Virus record (IMG/VR): IMGVR_UViG_3300037882_002341
Location: 128,958 to 192,957 of that record
Length of the DNA: 64,000 nucleotides
Strand: one strand, 5' to 3'
Origin: a virus
Lineage: Duplodnaviria; Heunggongvirae; Uroviricota; Caudoviricetes
Part shown: in pieces, positions 31,083 to 40,685 of the stretch
Position numbering within the stretch: position 1 is the first letter of the stretch
Layout of the letters: each line of letters begins with the position of its first letter
The notes under the pieces: model-generated
The model's input: only the letters and a program-made list of their open reading frames with translations
Databases searched by the model: none
What the model was told of the DNA's origin: nothing
Made by a program: the position numbers and the translations under genes

Positions 31083-31431
31083 TACACGCTCCCATTTGTT
31101 CCTTTACAAGACCCAGAACATTAGGGACAAGTATTCCATTATCAGGATTAAGAATATCTTCTGCAATTTCAGTAAATGTGTTTCCATGTTCATCATTTAA
31201 TGCAATAAGAGAATCCTGTGCATCTAAATTCAATCCCAGAGAATCTTGATCTTCTTTATCTAAACCAGTATCGTCCTCGCCATACCCTTTCTTTAAAACA
31301 ATCGCGGCAACACCAAGACAACAGTAGCTACCATCCTTTAAAGATAACAGTCCCTGTCCCTGCCTAAAATCTCCTGACTTTAATGCCTTAATCCATTTAA
31401 CAACATTATCTGCACGTTCTTGGTCAGTCAT
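31075..31431 (-). CDS. hypothetical protein, tandem paralog family B
   Basis: 118 aa; VKWIKAL-K/R-SG-D/K-F-R/K-QG-Q/H-G ... YCCLGVA is shared with 31615..32010. Confidence 0.4.
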   Translation of the reverse strand: MTDQERADNVVKWIKALKSGDFRQGQGLLSLKDGSYCCLGVAAIVLKKGYGEDDTGLDKEDQDSLGLNLDAQDSLIALNDEHGNTFTEIAEDILNPDNGILVPNVLGLVKEQMGACNV

Positions 31432-31614
31432 TTGTTTACTCTATCGTAACTAAATAGTCACATTTAGCCGCCAATATCTTACATACCATCGAAAGTCTTC
31501 TTACCAAATGTCTATCACAGTTTCTTATCTCAAGATCGTCAAGATACTCAAGAGTATCTATCACATCATTTAATGTGGAATTACCAGTATGTATATCATC
31601 AGTAATCAAATTCA

Positions 31615-32010
31615 TTATTTGCTTACCTTCTTTCTGGACTTCTTAACGATACGACAACCAGACAAAAGCTTTGCGACACCAGGAGAGAACAGAGTGTCTT
31701 TGTTCTTGACGATGATATTAGCTATCTCCCAGAAATCCTCTCTATAAGTATCATTATCGACAACCAGTGAACTTGCCTCGGTACCCGATTGATAATCTCC
31801 CGAGGATGAATTAAGACCAAGAATTCTCCTGCCTCTTTCGCCTAATGAAAGACAAGTATCAGAAAGTCCTATATTTAAAACCTTATTAGCAACACCTAGA
31901 CAACAATATCCCAGACTACCTTTTAACTGACCATGACCCTGTTTAAATTTACCAGATCTTAATGCCTTGATCCATTTCTTAACATTATTAGCACGCTGTT
32001 GATTGTTCAT
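31615..32010 (-). CDS. hypothetical protein, tandem paralog family B
   Basis: 131 aa; paralog of 31075..31431. Confidence 0.4.
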   Translation of the reverse strand: MNNQQRANNVKKWIKALRSGKFKQGHGQLKGSLGYCCLGVANKVLNIGLSDTCLSLGERGRRILGLNSSSGDYQSGTEASSLVVDNDTYREDFWEIANIIVKNKDTLFSPGVAKLLSGCRIVKKSRKKVSK

Positions 32011-32931
32011 TTATCTTTCCTTTACACTAATAAGGTAGTCATAGATACTTTCAAAAACCAAGTCTATTGACATTGATGTTATATCTGTTTGAATTGTTGG
32101 GCTAGCCTCAAGACTCTTTTTACAGTCTGGTTTAAAATCTATAAACCTTCTCTTACCTAGTCCTTCGGCTACTACGTAGCAAGAGCTTGCACAACCAACA
32201 AAGCAATCCGATTGTTGAATATTAGTTGCGACATTCAAAAAGTCGCCACACTCTACATTAATATAATTACGCCAAAAATGTCTATCTTCCTCACTCCCTA
32301 TTACTTTGCACTTAATTTGCTTACTACGTAGCAGGTTTATGAGAGATACATAATCTGACTCATGTCTTGTTAATCTATGTTTTGGCAGATGGAAGACCAC
32401 ACTAGCAGGGTTTCTTATCTTGTTACTATTCTCAAGCCATGGAGTATCGGGAGACCAAGGGACATCCCAGTGAGCGGCATATCTCTTGGGTATTGATATA
32501 TTCCCTGGCCAATTAACACCATTCCACTCGGGGAACTTATCTGGATTGTAGTCCCCCTCTGCTCTGGTAAGGTTAAAAGTTACATCAGGAAAGCTCATAT
32601 CAGGAAACAGTGGATCAAAATCAAGAAAAGAGTATGGGGATCTCTTGTCTTCAGGTAAACTTAGCCAAGTTACCTTACCTATATACCACTGATCAAGTAA
32701 AAGAGGCGTAAGACTCTTTGCTGCTTCTTGAGACCATCCTCCTCGATGATAATCAGAAAGAATTACATGAGCTTTTCTCTGTAAGACATTAGATATCATC
32801 ATGACCGTATACATAGCGTAAAGACAATCTCCTAGTCTTCCACCATGATGAAATACAGCAAGGTCTTTATACATGACAAAAGAAATCCTCTGGAACAAGA
32901 ACCAAACAATAGGATATTTTCCCGTAGACAA
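32011..32931 (-). CDS. glycosyltransferase family 9-like (heptosyltransferase-like)
   Basis: 306 aa; N-terminal HHGGRLGDCLYAMYTVMMISNVL resembles the GT9 N-terminal SLGD-containing fold; weak call. Confidence 0.3.
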   Translation of the reverse strand: MSTGKYPIVWFLFQRISFVMYKDLAVFHHGGRLGDCLYAMYTVMMISNVLQRKAHVILSDYHRGGWSQEAAKSLTPLLLDQWYIGKVTWLSLPEDKRSPYSFLDFDPLFPDMSFPDVTFNLTRAEGDYNPDKFPEWNGVNWPGNISIPKRYAAHWDVPWSPDTPWLENSNKIRNPASVVFHLPKHRLTRHESDYVSLINLLRSKQIKCKVIGSEEDRHFWRNYINVECGDFLNVATNIQQSDCFVGCASSCYVVAEGLGKRRFIDFKPDCKKSLEASPTIQTDITSMSIDLVFESIYDYLISVKER

Positions 32932-33496
32932 GTGGTTAGAGGAAAATAAGAAAGACCATCCCTATGACCAAGACTACTTCAAAAAGTATGAGTACTATGC
33001 TAGCACACCTATGGGTGTCAGTATTACTCAAGCAAGACTAGATCTCATCTTGAAATACAATCCAGGTGAGATCCTAGACATAGGGATAGGCTCAGGGGCC
33101 TTTATGGATTTATGTAATAGTATAGGAGTAACAACATACGGTTATGATGTTAATCCTATTGCTGTTAATAAATTAGGTAAGATGTTTAGAGACCCAGAGT
33201 TGGGATTCTTTGATTCCCTTTCCTTCTGGGACTCTCTTGAGCATATGAAGAATCCTAGATCAGCTCTATTTGCAGCAGATAGGTTTGTATTCTTAACTAT
33301 ACCTATTTTTGAGGATCCGGATCATGCAAGGAGATCCAAGCACTTCCGACCAGACGAACACTACTGGTATCTAACCCATCATGGGTTAATAGATTTAATG
33401 TTTGCTTCTGGGTTCTATCTTGTGGAACACAATAGAATGGAAGAGGATCTTGGTAGAGAAGATGTTGGCAGCTATGTGTTCAGGAGAGGTCTGTAG
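32873..33496 (+). CDS. class I SAM-dependent methyltransferase
   Basis: Motif I EILDIGIGSGAFMDL, an acidic residue at the end of beta-2 (GYDVNP), motif IV-like DSLSFWDSLEHM; 207 aa. This is the only convincing plus-strand gene. Its 5' end overlaps the 5' end of the minus-strand gene 32011..32931. Confidence 0.65.
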   Translation: MTKEILWNKNQTIGYFPVDKWLEENKKDHPYDQDYFKKYEYYASTPMGVSITQARLDLILKYNPGEILDIGIGSGAFMDLCNSIGVTTYGYDVNPIAVNKLGKMFRDPELGFFDSLSFWDSLEHMKNPRSALFAADRFVFLTIPIFEDPDHARRSKHFRPDEHYWYLTHHGLIDLMFASGFYLVEHNRMEEDLGREDVGSYVFRRGL

Positions 33497-33731
33497 AATC
33501 TGGCTTCTCTCTTTCCTTTAGCCACTTCTTCCTGATCTTAATACCCTCTTTACAAAGATGATGATGCATGGAGGGATTGTCTTTAAGGTGCTTGCCTATG
33601 CCCCATGGCCAACAACAATAGACTCTATCCTGCTTTTTCTTTACTTTGTCAGGAGAGACTATTGCGATACCAATTTCTTTGAGATCGGAAACAAGATCAG
33701 AGTCTTCTTTTACTTTCTTTTCCAAGGCCAA
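33480..33731 (-). CDS. hypothetical protein
   Basis: 83 aa; Lys-rich with several Cys/His. Confidence 0.3.
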   Translation of the reverse strand: MALEKKVKEDSDLVSDLKEIGIAIVSPDKVKKKQDRVYCCWPWGIGKHLKDNPSMHHHLCKEGIKIRKKWLKEREKPDSTDLS

Positions 33732-33974
33732 CCCTCAGCCATCACCATTAAATAGAAGAGAAATGCACAAATTACTATTGCTCCGCAAACTGCTTCTGCA
33801 GTTGACATTGGTTCTCCCCAAAGATAAATAGTCTCTCCGAGTCGTCACCCGGTATGAGCCACACCTTTGATTCTATCCAGTCGATCTTGGTAGACTGTCT
33901 CTGTCGGCTACCAACCTGACAGATTAAGACCGGATCATTCTATGGGCCACTCTCATAGCCAATAAAGGCAGAGA

Positions 33975-34190
33975 CTATTTATCAGTACTCTTAAGTGTTC
34001 TGATCGAATACACAGCATGATCAATAAGATTTCTCAATCCTATTGCCTTATCTACGTCATACGAAATTTCAATATAAGAAGTTGTACCAGATTTGGTAAG
34101 AGTACTTATGTGTAATTTAATAAGCCTAGTAGATAAGCAAGAAGAGACTTCTAAAGAACCAGATACAGCTTCAAGGTTAGCATTACTCAT
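33975..34190 (-). CDS. hypothetical protein
   Basis: 71-aa ORF inside an ORF-poor region. Confidence 0.25.
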   Translation of the reverse strand: MSNANLEAVSGSLEVSSCLSTRLIKLHISTLTKSGTTSYIEISYDVDKAIGLRNLIDHAVYSIRTLKSTDK

Positions 34191-34454
34191 TTATTATAGT
34201 CTTTAGATGATAGTATCAGTTTAAAAATGATTGTTAAGACCGTGACAAATCCACCTATGAAACAACCAAGGAGAAAATCTGATAAGTTTTCACACATTTA
34301 TCCTCTCTCCACTAAAACAAGGCGCATCCTAATTTTGCCACAGCACCTACATTCCTTATACTGACAAGCACCATCAATTAACTTCCACTTACAATACTCA
34401 TGTATATGCAAGAAGCAAATAATACGCTCAAACCAGCTACCTCTGTCTTGCGTA

Positions 34455-35216
34455 CTAGTAACCTTTTCTGTCATCTATATCCCACATTCTAAAGGAACGA
34501 CCATCATTAAAAGGAGTTGAAAAGGTTTCAAGACCAGGTTGCCCACCCCACTTTAACCCATAGTAATAACGATTAGCTTCAAATGCCTTATTGGTAATAA
34601 CGGGAACCTGGGCAACACTGCTCTTAAGAGTCTGACTTCCTCTATGCCAATGAGGAACATTTGCCATATTGGCTGCAATAAATCCAGCAAGATGAATTCT
34701 ATGATGATAATCGTTATCTTCAAAACAACCAGGCTTAAAGTTCTCATCGAACCAACCCACTTCATCTATTGTTCTCTGTGTAATCATAAAACAAGAGAAG
34801 TCTGGTGAATCACCTTCTAGACTACCAACGTAGTCTTTAGGTGGTTTCATGTGTTCAAGACCATCTATGGTATGATCAAATCTCTCGTTACCCTTCTGTT
34901 GCCTAGCAGAGACGAGGATTACCTCATCACACTTATCTAAGCGCCGTGCCATATCATAGGCACCGCGAAAAACCAACATAGTATCATCATTGGTTATTAG
35001 AACGTGTGAGCAACCAGCCTCAAGAGCCTGCTTGGTACCCTCATTCCAAGAAACGGCCACACCACGATTAAAATTCCAGTTATCAAGGATAACGGGGAAT
35101 ACTGTTGTCCCAAGCAGGGAACGTATAAGTTCACAGTATCCTCTGAAGTTATTCAATACAGGCGTAACTAATCCTATCTTCATCTCTGTCTTCGGCAAAG
35201 AATTATGAGAATTCAT
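34455..35216 (-). CDS. glycosyltransferase family 2-like
   Basis: 253 aa; N-terminal Rossmann-like VTPVLNNF ... HVLITNDD gives a DxD-type motif. Confidence 0.45.
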   Translation of the reverse strand: MNSHNSLPKTEMKIGLVTPVLNNFRGYCELIRSLLGTTVFPVILDNWNFNRGVAVSWNEGTKQALEAGCSHVLITNDDTMLVFRGAYDMARRLDKCDEVILVSARQQKGNERFDHTIDGLEHMKPPKDYVGSLEGDSPDFSCFMITQRTIDEVGWFDENFKPGCFEDNDYHHRIHLAGFIAANMANVPHWHRGSQTLKSSVAQVPVITNKAFEANRYYYGLKWGGQPGLETFSTPFNDGRSFRMWDIDDRKGY

Positions 35217-35220
35217 AATA

Positions 35221-35255
35221 GAAACTTTCCCCAGAATTTTTTATCACGTTTTTGG
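35221..35255 (-). promoter_or_regulatory. conserved ~34-nt intergenic motif, copy 2
   Basis: Plus strand GAAACTTTCCCCAGAATTTTTTATCACGTTTTTGG, near-identical to copy 1; on the minus strand it ends 4 nt upstream of the ATG of 34455..35216. Confidence 0.35.
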
Positions 35256-35256
35256 C

Positions 35257-36366
35257 CTATAAGGAGTTCCACTTATTAACAATTTCAATAATTCTGGTTT
35301 GATCTTGATCTGTTACCCACCAACCACAAGGTATAGCAACATTTCTTGCAGAGAAATAATCTATGCCTTTCCTATCTTCAGGAGACTCTGTCTTTGGTGG
35401 GAAACAAGGATGTCTATCGTTTCTTGCGTGTACAGGAGAGGCAGCAATATCGTGGACTTCTAGATACTTAATAAAAGCGTCTCTGTCTTCTACTAAAATA
35501 GTATAAATCCAGTAAGAAGAACGAGCATCATATAGAGGAACATAAACAACCCTCTTTCCAATTGCTAGTTCCTCACTATATCTCAATGCCTGTATTTGAG
35601 AATCAAAAACAGACAGCACCGCTTTGGTCATATTGGCTATACCAATAGCCGCAGCAATATTGTTCATTTGGAACTTAAAGCCAGATTCACCAATAGTTTG
35701 GCTACAGCGGAAGTTTTGACTACTCTTCCTGTCTAGACCATACCACTTAAGAAGCTCTGCTCTCTTTTCCATTCCGACAGGAACAACCAAGGCTCCGCCA
35801 TCACCAGTAGTGAGATGTTTAATGGCCTGAAAAGACCATGCTACATAATCCCCACCAGTATTAGAGATATGCTTACTTTTATATAAAGTAAGGAAGGAAT
35901 GGGCAGCATCCTCGATTATCGGTATGCCAGAAGCCACTTTCCTAATCTCATCATAATCTACAGGTGTACCACCCCAATCTACGCAAAGAATAGCTCTTAC
36001 CCTCTCTCCGTATTTATCGATAAGCTTACCAACAGAGTCTGCTGTAATATTTCCAGTAAACTGATCTACATCTGCCCAAAGTATCTTCCCACCTCTACTA
36101 ATAATAGCAGTATTAGAGGCTGTGCAAGTTTGCGGTGTGCTAATTACATAATCATCTTTTACTTCACACATGTGAAGAGCTAGTTCAAGAGCGCTAGTAC
36201 AACTATTGAGAGCTAATACTCTTCTTTCGCTTTGCCAATAAGATTTAAGTCTACTTTCAAATAGTTCTACCCACTCACCCTCACCAATGTAGCCAGACTT
36301 TAATACTTCAGCAACATTAGATAGACACTCTTCTGTTTCTACATTAACTTTAAAAAGTGGTATCAT
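35257..36366 (-). CDS. DegT/DnrJ/EryC1/StrS-type PLP-dependent sugar aminotransferase
   Basis: 369 aa; DYVISTPQTCTASNTAI and WSFQAIKHLTTGDGGALV with the PLP-binding Lys are typical of this family. Confidence 0.7.
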   Translation of the reverse strand: MIPLFKVNVETEECLSNVAEVLKSGYIGEGEWVELFESRLKSYWQSERRVLALNSCTSALELALHMCEVKDDYVISTPQTCTASNTAIISRGGKILWADVDQFTGNITADSVGKLIDKYGERVRAILCVDWGGTPVDYDEIRKVASGIPIIEDAAHSFLTLYKSKHISNTGGDYVAWSFQAIKHLTTGDGGALVVPVGMEKRAELLKWYGLDRKSSQNFRCSQTIGESGFKFQMNNIAAAIGIANMTKAVLSVFDSQIQALRYSEELAIGKRVVYVPLYDARSSYWIYTILVEDRDAFIKYLEVHDIAASPVHARNDRHPCFPPKTESPEDRKGIDYFSARNVAIPCGWWVTDQDQTRIIEIVNKWNSL

Positions 36367-37319
36367 TATTTACCATCTATTCTCATGCGACCGCATGAAG
36401 GATTCCATCCAGGATACCAAAATCCACCTTTTCTTATATGCTGATGCTCAATTTCCTGATTAGGCTTAACTCTAAGAGGGATAAATCCAGTCTCGAGAAA
36501 CATCTTATGGAAATCCTTCTCAGATTCTATATAAGTCTGACTTCTCTCATTATCCTTACTATAGGCTATGCCTCTCCCATCAAGAAAATCTCTACAGAGC
36601 TTTGCGGCATTAGGTATTCCACCCGCAATGCCACCAGAAAAGTGGTCACAAGAGATACCATTCACAGCAATCCACTTACCAGCTTTTAAGATCTCACAGC
36701 ACAAGATTCGATCATAAAAGTGCTCTGGAGCAAGATTTCCCTCTTGTGGAGTGGTATGAGCAACTAGATCAGAGGTACGGAATATTAGAGAGCAATGATC
36801 CAATACCGCAGCAGCAGCTAAGCCTGCCTCTCTTCTGCCATGTTGTTCCGCTTTCGAAGCCTGACCAATACCAGGATAAAAGGCCCCCAGGTAATTGAGC
36901 ATAGTGCCACCGCCTCTGCCACCACGCTCATCAATCTCATTAGATCCAACAAATCCCTGGAGAGCAAGTTGAGGATAGTTATCAAATGCATTTATGACTT
37001 TCTTGTCCCAACCCTTTTCACGGATATAAAGATCACAGTGGAGGAATGCCAAGAATTCTGGAATATCATTACCAAACCAGCGACCTTGTCTCCAACGATG
37101 GAAAACAGCATTTCCTCCAATGTTTTCTTCATATCTAATGATCTTAGTATTTCTAGACCACTCAAAATGGCTATACGGTGGCTCGCTTCCATTATCCACT
37201 AAGTAAACTTCTGTTAACTCTGGATCAGAGTTAGCTAAAGCATACCTGGTAGCCTCTGGAGTCTGAATAAAATTATTTACACCATAGATAACAACTACCA
37301 TACGCGGACTAGTCATCAA
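36366..37319 (-). CDS. glycosyltransferase family 2-like
   Basis: 317 aa; VVVIYGVNN ... YLVDNGSEPP resembles the GT2 N-terminal DNGS region. Confidence 0.4.
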   Translation of the reverse strand: MMTSPRMVVVIYGVNNFIQTPEATRYALANSDPELTEVYLVDNGSEPPYSHFEWSRNTKIIRYEENIGGNAVFHRWRQGRWFGNDIPEFLAFLHCDLYIREKGWDKKVINAFDNYPQLALQGFVGSNEIDERGGRGGGTMLNYLGAFYPGIGQASKAEQHGRREAGLAAAAVLDHCSLIFRTSDLVAHTTPQEGNLAPEHFYDRILCCEILKAGKWIAVNGISCDHFSGGIAGGIPNAAKLCRDFLDGRGIAYSKDNERSQTYIESEKDFHKMFLETGFIPLRVKPNQEIEHQHIRKGGFWYPGWNPSCGRMRIDGK

Positions 37320-38244
37320 TGGTCACTTTCCGATGATTAACTGGAACAAACTTAATCTTCTTTTTCTTAAGCATAAATACGAAAAAGTCCTGAAGCATGG
37401 GATTTTTCATATCCTTAATATAAGTTCTATGCTCAACATTAAACTTACTGACAATTGACAGAAGAAGATTTTCATCTATACCAGTAGAAAACCTAAAGTC
37501 CAATATAGCATCTTGCCATATCTTTCGTTTTTCTACTGATTCCCCTGGTTTATAAGGAGGTCCTAGTTTTCCAGTTAAATCCTTAGCAGGATTACCTCCC
37601 CAAACTTGATCTGGACCCATCCCCTTGGTTAGATTAGATTCTGTAAGTGCCACAGAATAGCTTGAATGGTACACAGGGGCGCTTGTACATCTGCCTACAA
37701 GCCAAACATCATCTCCAGCACAGAATCCCTTGCTGAGATCATGATATACACATCCATGGAGGACATCACCATGAGCAATATGCCCCCACATGTGTGTATC
37801 TTGTCCTGCGCCAAAGTTGTTTCCCACTTCCCAATATTCACCTTCACAATCCAAAGTACAGCGCATGCCAAACCAAGAATTATGTCCAATTACACAATGA
37901 GATCTACCGTAAACAAAAACATCTTTATGAATGGTGACATAGTCACCACACACAAAGGTGGACGGAGCGATCAAACCACCATAAATAACGGTTCCATCAC
38001 CAATCACAAGTTTTTCAATAGGATTGTTTGGTGTACCAAAAGTAGTATCAGGTGACACAAGAGCAAAAGGAGATATTCTTATATCAGCATAAGGAAAAGC
38101 ATGTAAATTGGTAATAAAACTAAGACCACCACCCGTTATTCTATGTCTAATCTGCCAAACATTATTATTAGAGTATTCTATAGCTTCTACTTTAAGAGGA
38201 GGAGTGAGCATAGTACTAGCTCCCAGAAACAATAGGGGCGCCAT
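37309..38244 (-). CDS. left-handed beta-helix (hexapeptide-repeat) acyl/acetyltransferase
   Basis: 311 aa; repeated small-residue hexads across the middle (for example VIGHNSWFGMRCTLDCEG and GDDVWLVGRCT) and C-terminal VWGGNPAK typical of sugar O/N-acetyltransferases. Confidence 0.45.
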   Translation of the reverse strand: MAPLLFLGASTMLTPPLKVEAIEYSNNNVWQIRHRITGGGLSFITNLHAFPYADIRISPFALVSPDTTFGTPNNPIEKLVIGDGTVIYGGLIAPSTFVCGDYVTIHKDVFVYGRSHCVIGHNSWFGMRCTLDCEGEYWEVGNNFGAGQDTHMWGHIAHGDVLHGCVYHDLSKGFCAGDDVWLVGRCTSAPVYHSSYSVALTESNLTKGMGPDQVWGGNPAKDLTGKLGPPYKPGESVEKRKIWQDAILDFRFSTGIDENLLLSIVSKFNVEHRTYIKDMKNPMLQDFFVFMLKKKKIKFVPVNHRKVTIDD

Positions 38245-38605
38245 GTGCTGTTACTAAGCCAGAAGAATTTCTATTATGTCTAGCTATAGTAGCTGCCTGG
38301 AAGACCATACTATCGTTTAGAACTCTAGTAAATAAGGTATTTGTTGTATGCAGAACAATAAACTGAATATCCATGGAGGGTATATTCCAAGGCTGAACTA
38401 GCTTTTCGGACTCAAGAACTTCTTTTGGTGTCCAAAGAACCAAAAGATCGTGGTATGCGTCAAAGTACTCTTTAATTTTGCCTTCAGAGGCAAAACTAGC
38501 CATACTCTGTAGACAGACTTTAGAAGCTTGTTTAATAGCAAGGAGAGCAGCTTGCTCATCTGTTAATTCAGGAGAGGAGAAAGCATCTTCTGTTTGATCC
38601 GACAT
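38216..38605 (-). CDS. hypothetical protein
   Basis: 129 aa. Confidence 0.4.
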   Translation of the reverse strand: MSDQTEDAFSSPELTDEQAALLAIKQASKVCLQSMASFASEGKIKEYFDAYHDLLVLWTPKEVLESEKLVQPWNIPSMDIQFIVLHTTNTLFTRVLNDSMVFQAATIARHNRNSSGLVTAHGAPIVSGS

Positions 38606-38893
38606 TTATTCCTTTATAGGATTAAGGTAAAGGTAAATTCTAGAGAGACCATAAAGTACCTTATCACAAGAAACACTTACATTTCTGTCTCTAGTGCTAA
38701 CTGTAACAAGAAACCATTGATCGGATGCAAAAGAGACATTTCTATTATCATCAGTAAAATACCATACGAAGGCATCCATGACATCTTCTCTGTTGCTCTT
38801 TAATCGTTCAATGGATTGAGCAAGTTCACGCTCACATTCTTCTTTGCCCCATGTATCACATGAACACGCAAAAGGTAAGTTAATATTATCCAT
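38606..38893 (-). CDS. hypothetical protein
   Basis: 95 aa. Confidence 0.35.
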   Translation of the reverse strand: MDNINLPFACSCDTWGKEECERELAQSIERLKSNREDVMDAFVWYFTDDNRNVSFASDQWFLVTVSTRDRNVSVSCDKVLYGLSRIYLYLNPIKE

Positions 38894-38894
38894 A

Positions 38895-39086
38895 TTACTT
38901 TCCTAATATAAACTTCATTATCTTCAAAAGTCTCTTCTCAGATTCTATAAATTCCAGAGAATCAGTATAACCCTGTGGATCAGGATCCATAATAACACCA
39001 ATGTCTTTCCAACTACTGCGTAATCCAAAACCAGATCTAGGAACATTCTTTCTTTTGCGCTTTGCCAACGGTAAAGCAATTACCAT
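38895..39086 (-). CDS. hypothetical small basic protein
   Basis: 63 aa. Confidence 0.3.
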   Translation of the reverse strand: MVIALPLAKRKRKNVPRSGFGLRSSWKDIGVIMDPDPQGYTDSLEFIESEKRLLKIMKFILGK

Positions 39087-39234
39087 TGGTCAATAAACAC
39101 CATTTTCTGTAACACTTCCATCAAGTAGAACAGGTTTACCATCTTCAAGATGCTTTAGTAGTCTCTTTAAATGTTTTCTAGGTATTTGCTTAATACCATC
39201 AACAAAAGCTAGTTCTGCCGAAAGCAATTTAAAT

Positions 39235-39675
39235 TTAGGCATCTTGATCCTTACTCAGACATCTTTGCCCCAGCAAAGAGATAATAATGTCTTGAAGTTC
39301 TTCGTTCTCTTTCTCTAGTTTCGCATAAGTCGGCCACCCACCTTGCTCACACCTATTCTTAATAAATCTCTTGCAGTTTTCCAGCATATCTTCCTTGCTA
39401 CCAACTCTTCTATCACACTTAACACCATCTCCAAGAGCTTCATAAAGTCTGTCATCATCTTCTATGCAGCGATCATCTGCTTTTTGCGAACGGTGAGTCC
39501 TAATGGCTTCTTCAAGACACCGTACTCTAGACAAGAGATTAGCTTGTCGTGCAATAAGAGAGGTAACACTTTCCAGTGGGCTACCTATATAAAGAAAATT
39601 CTTTCTAAGAACTTCCTTTATGTCAGCAAGCATTTTCTCATCCTCATTAAGAGGATACGTTGTGTCATAATACAT
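39235..39675 (-). CDS. hypothetical protein
   Basis: 146 aa. Confidence 0.4.
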   Translation of the reverse strand: MYYDTTYPLNEDEKMLADIKEVLRKNFLYIGSPLESVTSLIARQANLLSRVRCLEEAIRTHRSQKADDRCIEDDDRLYEALGDGVKCDRRVGSKEDMLENCKRFIKNRCEQGGWPTYAKLEKENEELQDIIISLLGQRCLSKDQDA

Positions 39676-39683
39676 AAAAGCTC

Positions 39684-39893
39684 CTACGGGGCTATTCCTG
39701 TCTCCCAGTCATAGGTATCGGGTCCTTCATCACCATTCTTAGAACTTTTAACCCATTCTTCATAACCAGAACCAGTTAAAGCACGTACCATTTGGTCAAT
39801 AACCCATGCCTTATGATGGGATCCTTCTATGCTACCGAAACCATGTGCAATAGCCAAAGCTTCATTAATACGCTTTTCATAAGACTTTGACAT
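39684..39893 (-). CDS. hypothetical protein (start moved to internal ATG)
   Basis: The track ORF 39684..39974 starts at a GTG that lies inside a tRNA-like 3' element. The ATG at 39893 (MSKSYEKR...) gives a 69-aa product and avoids the overlap. Confidence 0.3.
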   Translation of the reverse strand: MSKSYEKRINEALAIAHGFGSIEGSHHKAWVIDQMVRALTGSGYEEWVKSSKNGDEGPDTYDWETGIAP

Positions 39894-39903
39894 ACCAATC
39901 CTT

Positions 39904-39930
39904 TGGTGGTAGACCGGGAATCGAACCCGT
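39904..39930 (-). other. orphan tRNA 3'-end-like fragment (T-arm plus acceptor 3' strand plus CCA)
   Basis: The minus strand reads ACGGG-TTCGATT-CCCGG-TCTACCA-C-CA. No complementary acceptor 5' strand, D-arm or anticodon arm is present in the canonical upstream position; only a TGGTAGA lies about 130 nt upstream. Confidence 0.4.
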
Positions 39931-40026
39931 GAGCTATTTGTCCTAATGTAACCATGGCTTTCAAGCCTGCTCACTAAGAAGGGTGGTTTAGCCGGTTCCC
40001 ATTCTTAGACAACACCAGCTGCATAT

Positions 40027-40446
40027 CTACCACTGTGGTGGAGTTTGGCCCTCACCCTTACACGTATTGCATTTTAACCAATTACCAGCAGGATTCTCAA
40101 CCCAGCCCCAATAACCTCTACAGTCGGGGCATATTTCTCTACGATCCGTAAAATCCCTAATTTCTAAGACCTCTTCGTCAACAATATACTCAATAATATC
40201 AATTTGATTATGATCATCTATCGTGTATTGCCTATCGCTACCCTTAATAGAGAATGTTCTTGAAAACCAATTATTATTGGTACTAGACCAGCCAAATAAA
40301 TTTACTGGTTCGATGGACATGATCTTCTGATATGCGCTATCTGCCTTCTCTTTATCTAAAAAGAGAGCAATATTCTCACTAAAATCATAACCAGAATATC
40401 TAAGTATCCATATATTTTTCATCAGTTCCAACCTCGGCATCCACAA
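40027..40446 (-). CDS. hypothetical protein with C-terminal C4 zinc ribbon
   Basis: 139 aa; CPDCRGYWGW ... CNTCKGEG. Confidence 0.4.
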   Translation of the reverse strand: MWMPRLELMKNIWILRYSGYDFSENIALFLDKEKADSAYQKIMSIEPVNLFGWSSTNNNWFSRTFSIKGSDRQYTIDDHNQIDIIEYIVDEEVLEIRDFTDRREICPDCRGYWGWVENPAGNWLKCNTCKGEGQTPPQW

Positions 40447-40685
40447 TAAAAGAGATCAGAATCTTTATTTGGCCGATACTCAAAGAACGCAAGACAAGTA
40501 TCGGATACAAAGAATCTTTCACACGAACTACATTTGGCATATCTTCCATTTAAGTCGTGTACTACTTCTTCAAATTCGCTAGCACCAGGTTCTAGTTGAT
40601 AACAGATGGAACAGCAAGGTTGGTTTAAAGGATTGGTAGCATTCGGAGCATGACCACATTTCATTAGGCGCTGAGGTAAAGTCAT
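40422..40685 (-). CDS. Cys-rich zinc-finger protein
   Basis: 87 aa with 10 Cys. Confidence 0.35.
   Translation of the reverse strand: MTLPQRLMKCGHAPNATNPLNQPCCSICYQLEPGASEFEEVVHDLNGRYAKCSSCERFFVSDTCLAFFEYRPNKDSDLFYCGCRGWN

Noticed and set aside
39894-39974. N-terminal 27 residues of track ORF 39684..39974
   Set aside because: The track initiates at a GTG that falls inside the tRNA 3'-end-like element (39904-39930). An in-frame ATG at 39893 gives a clean start, so the extension is probably not translated.
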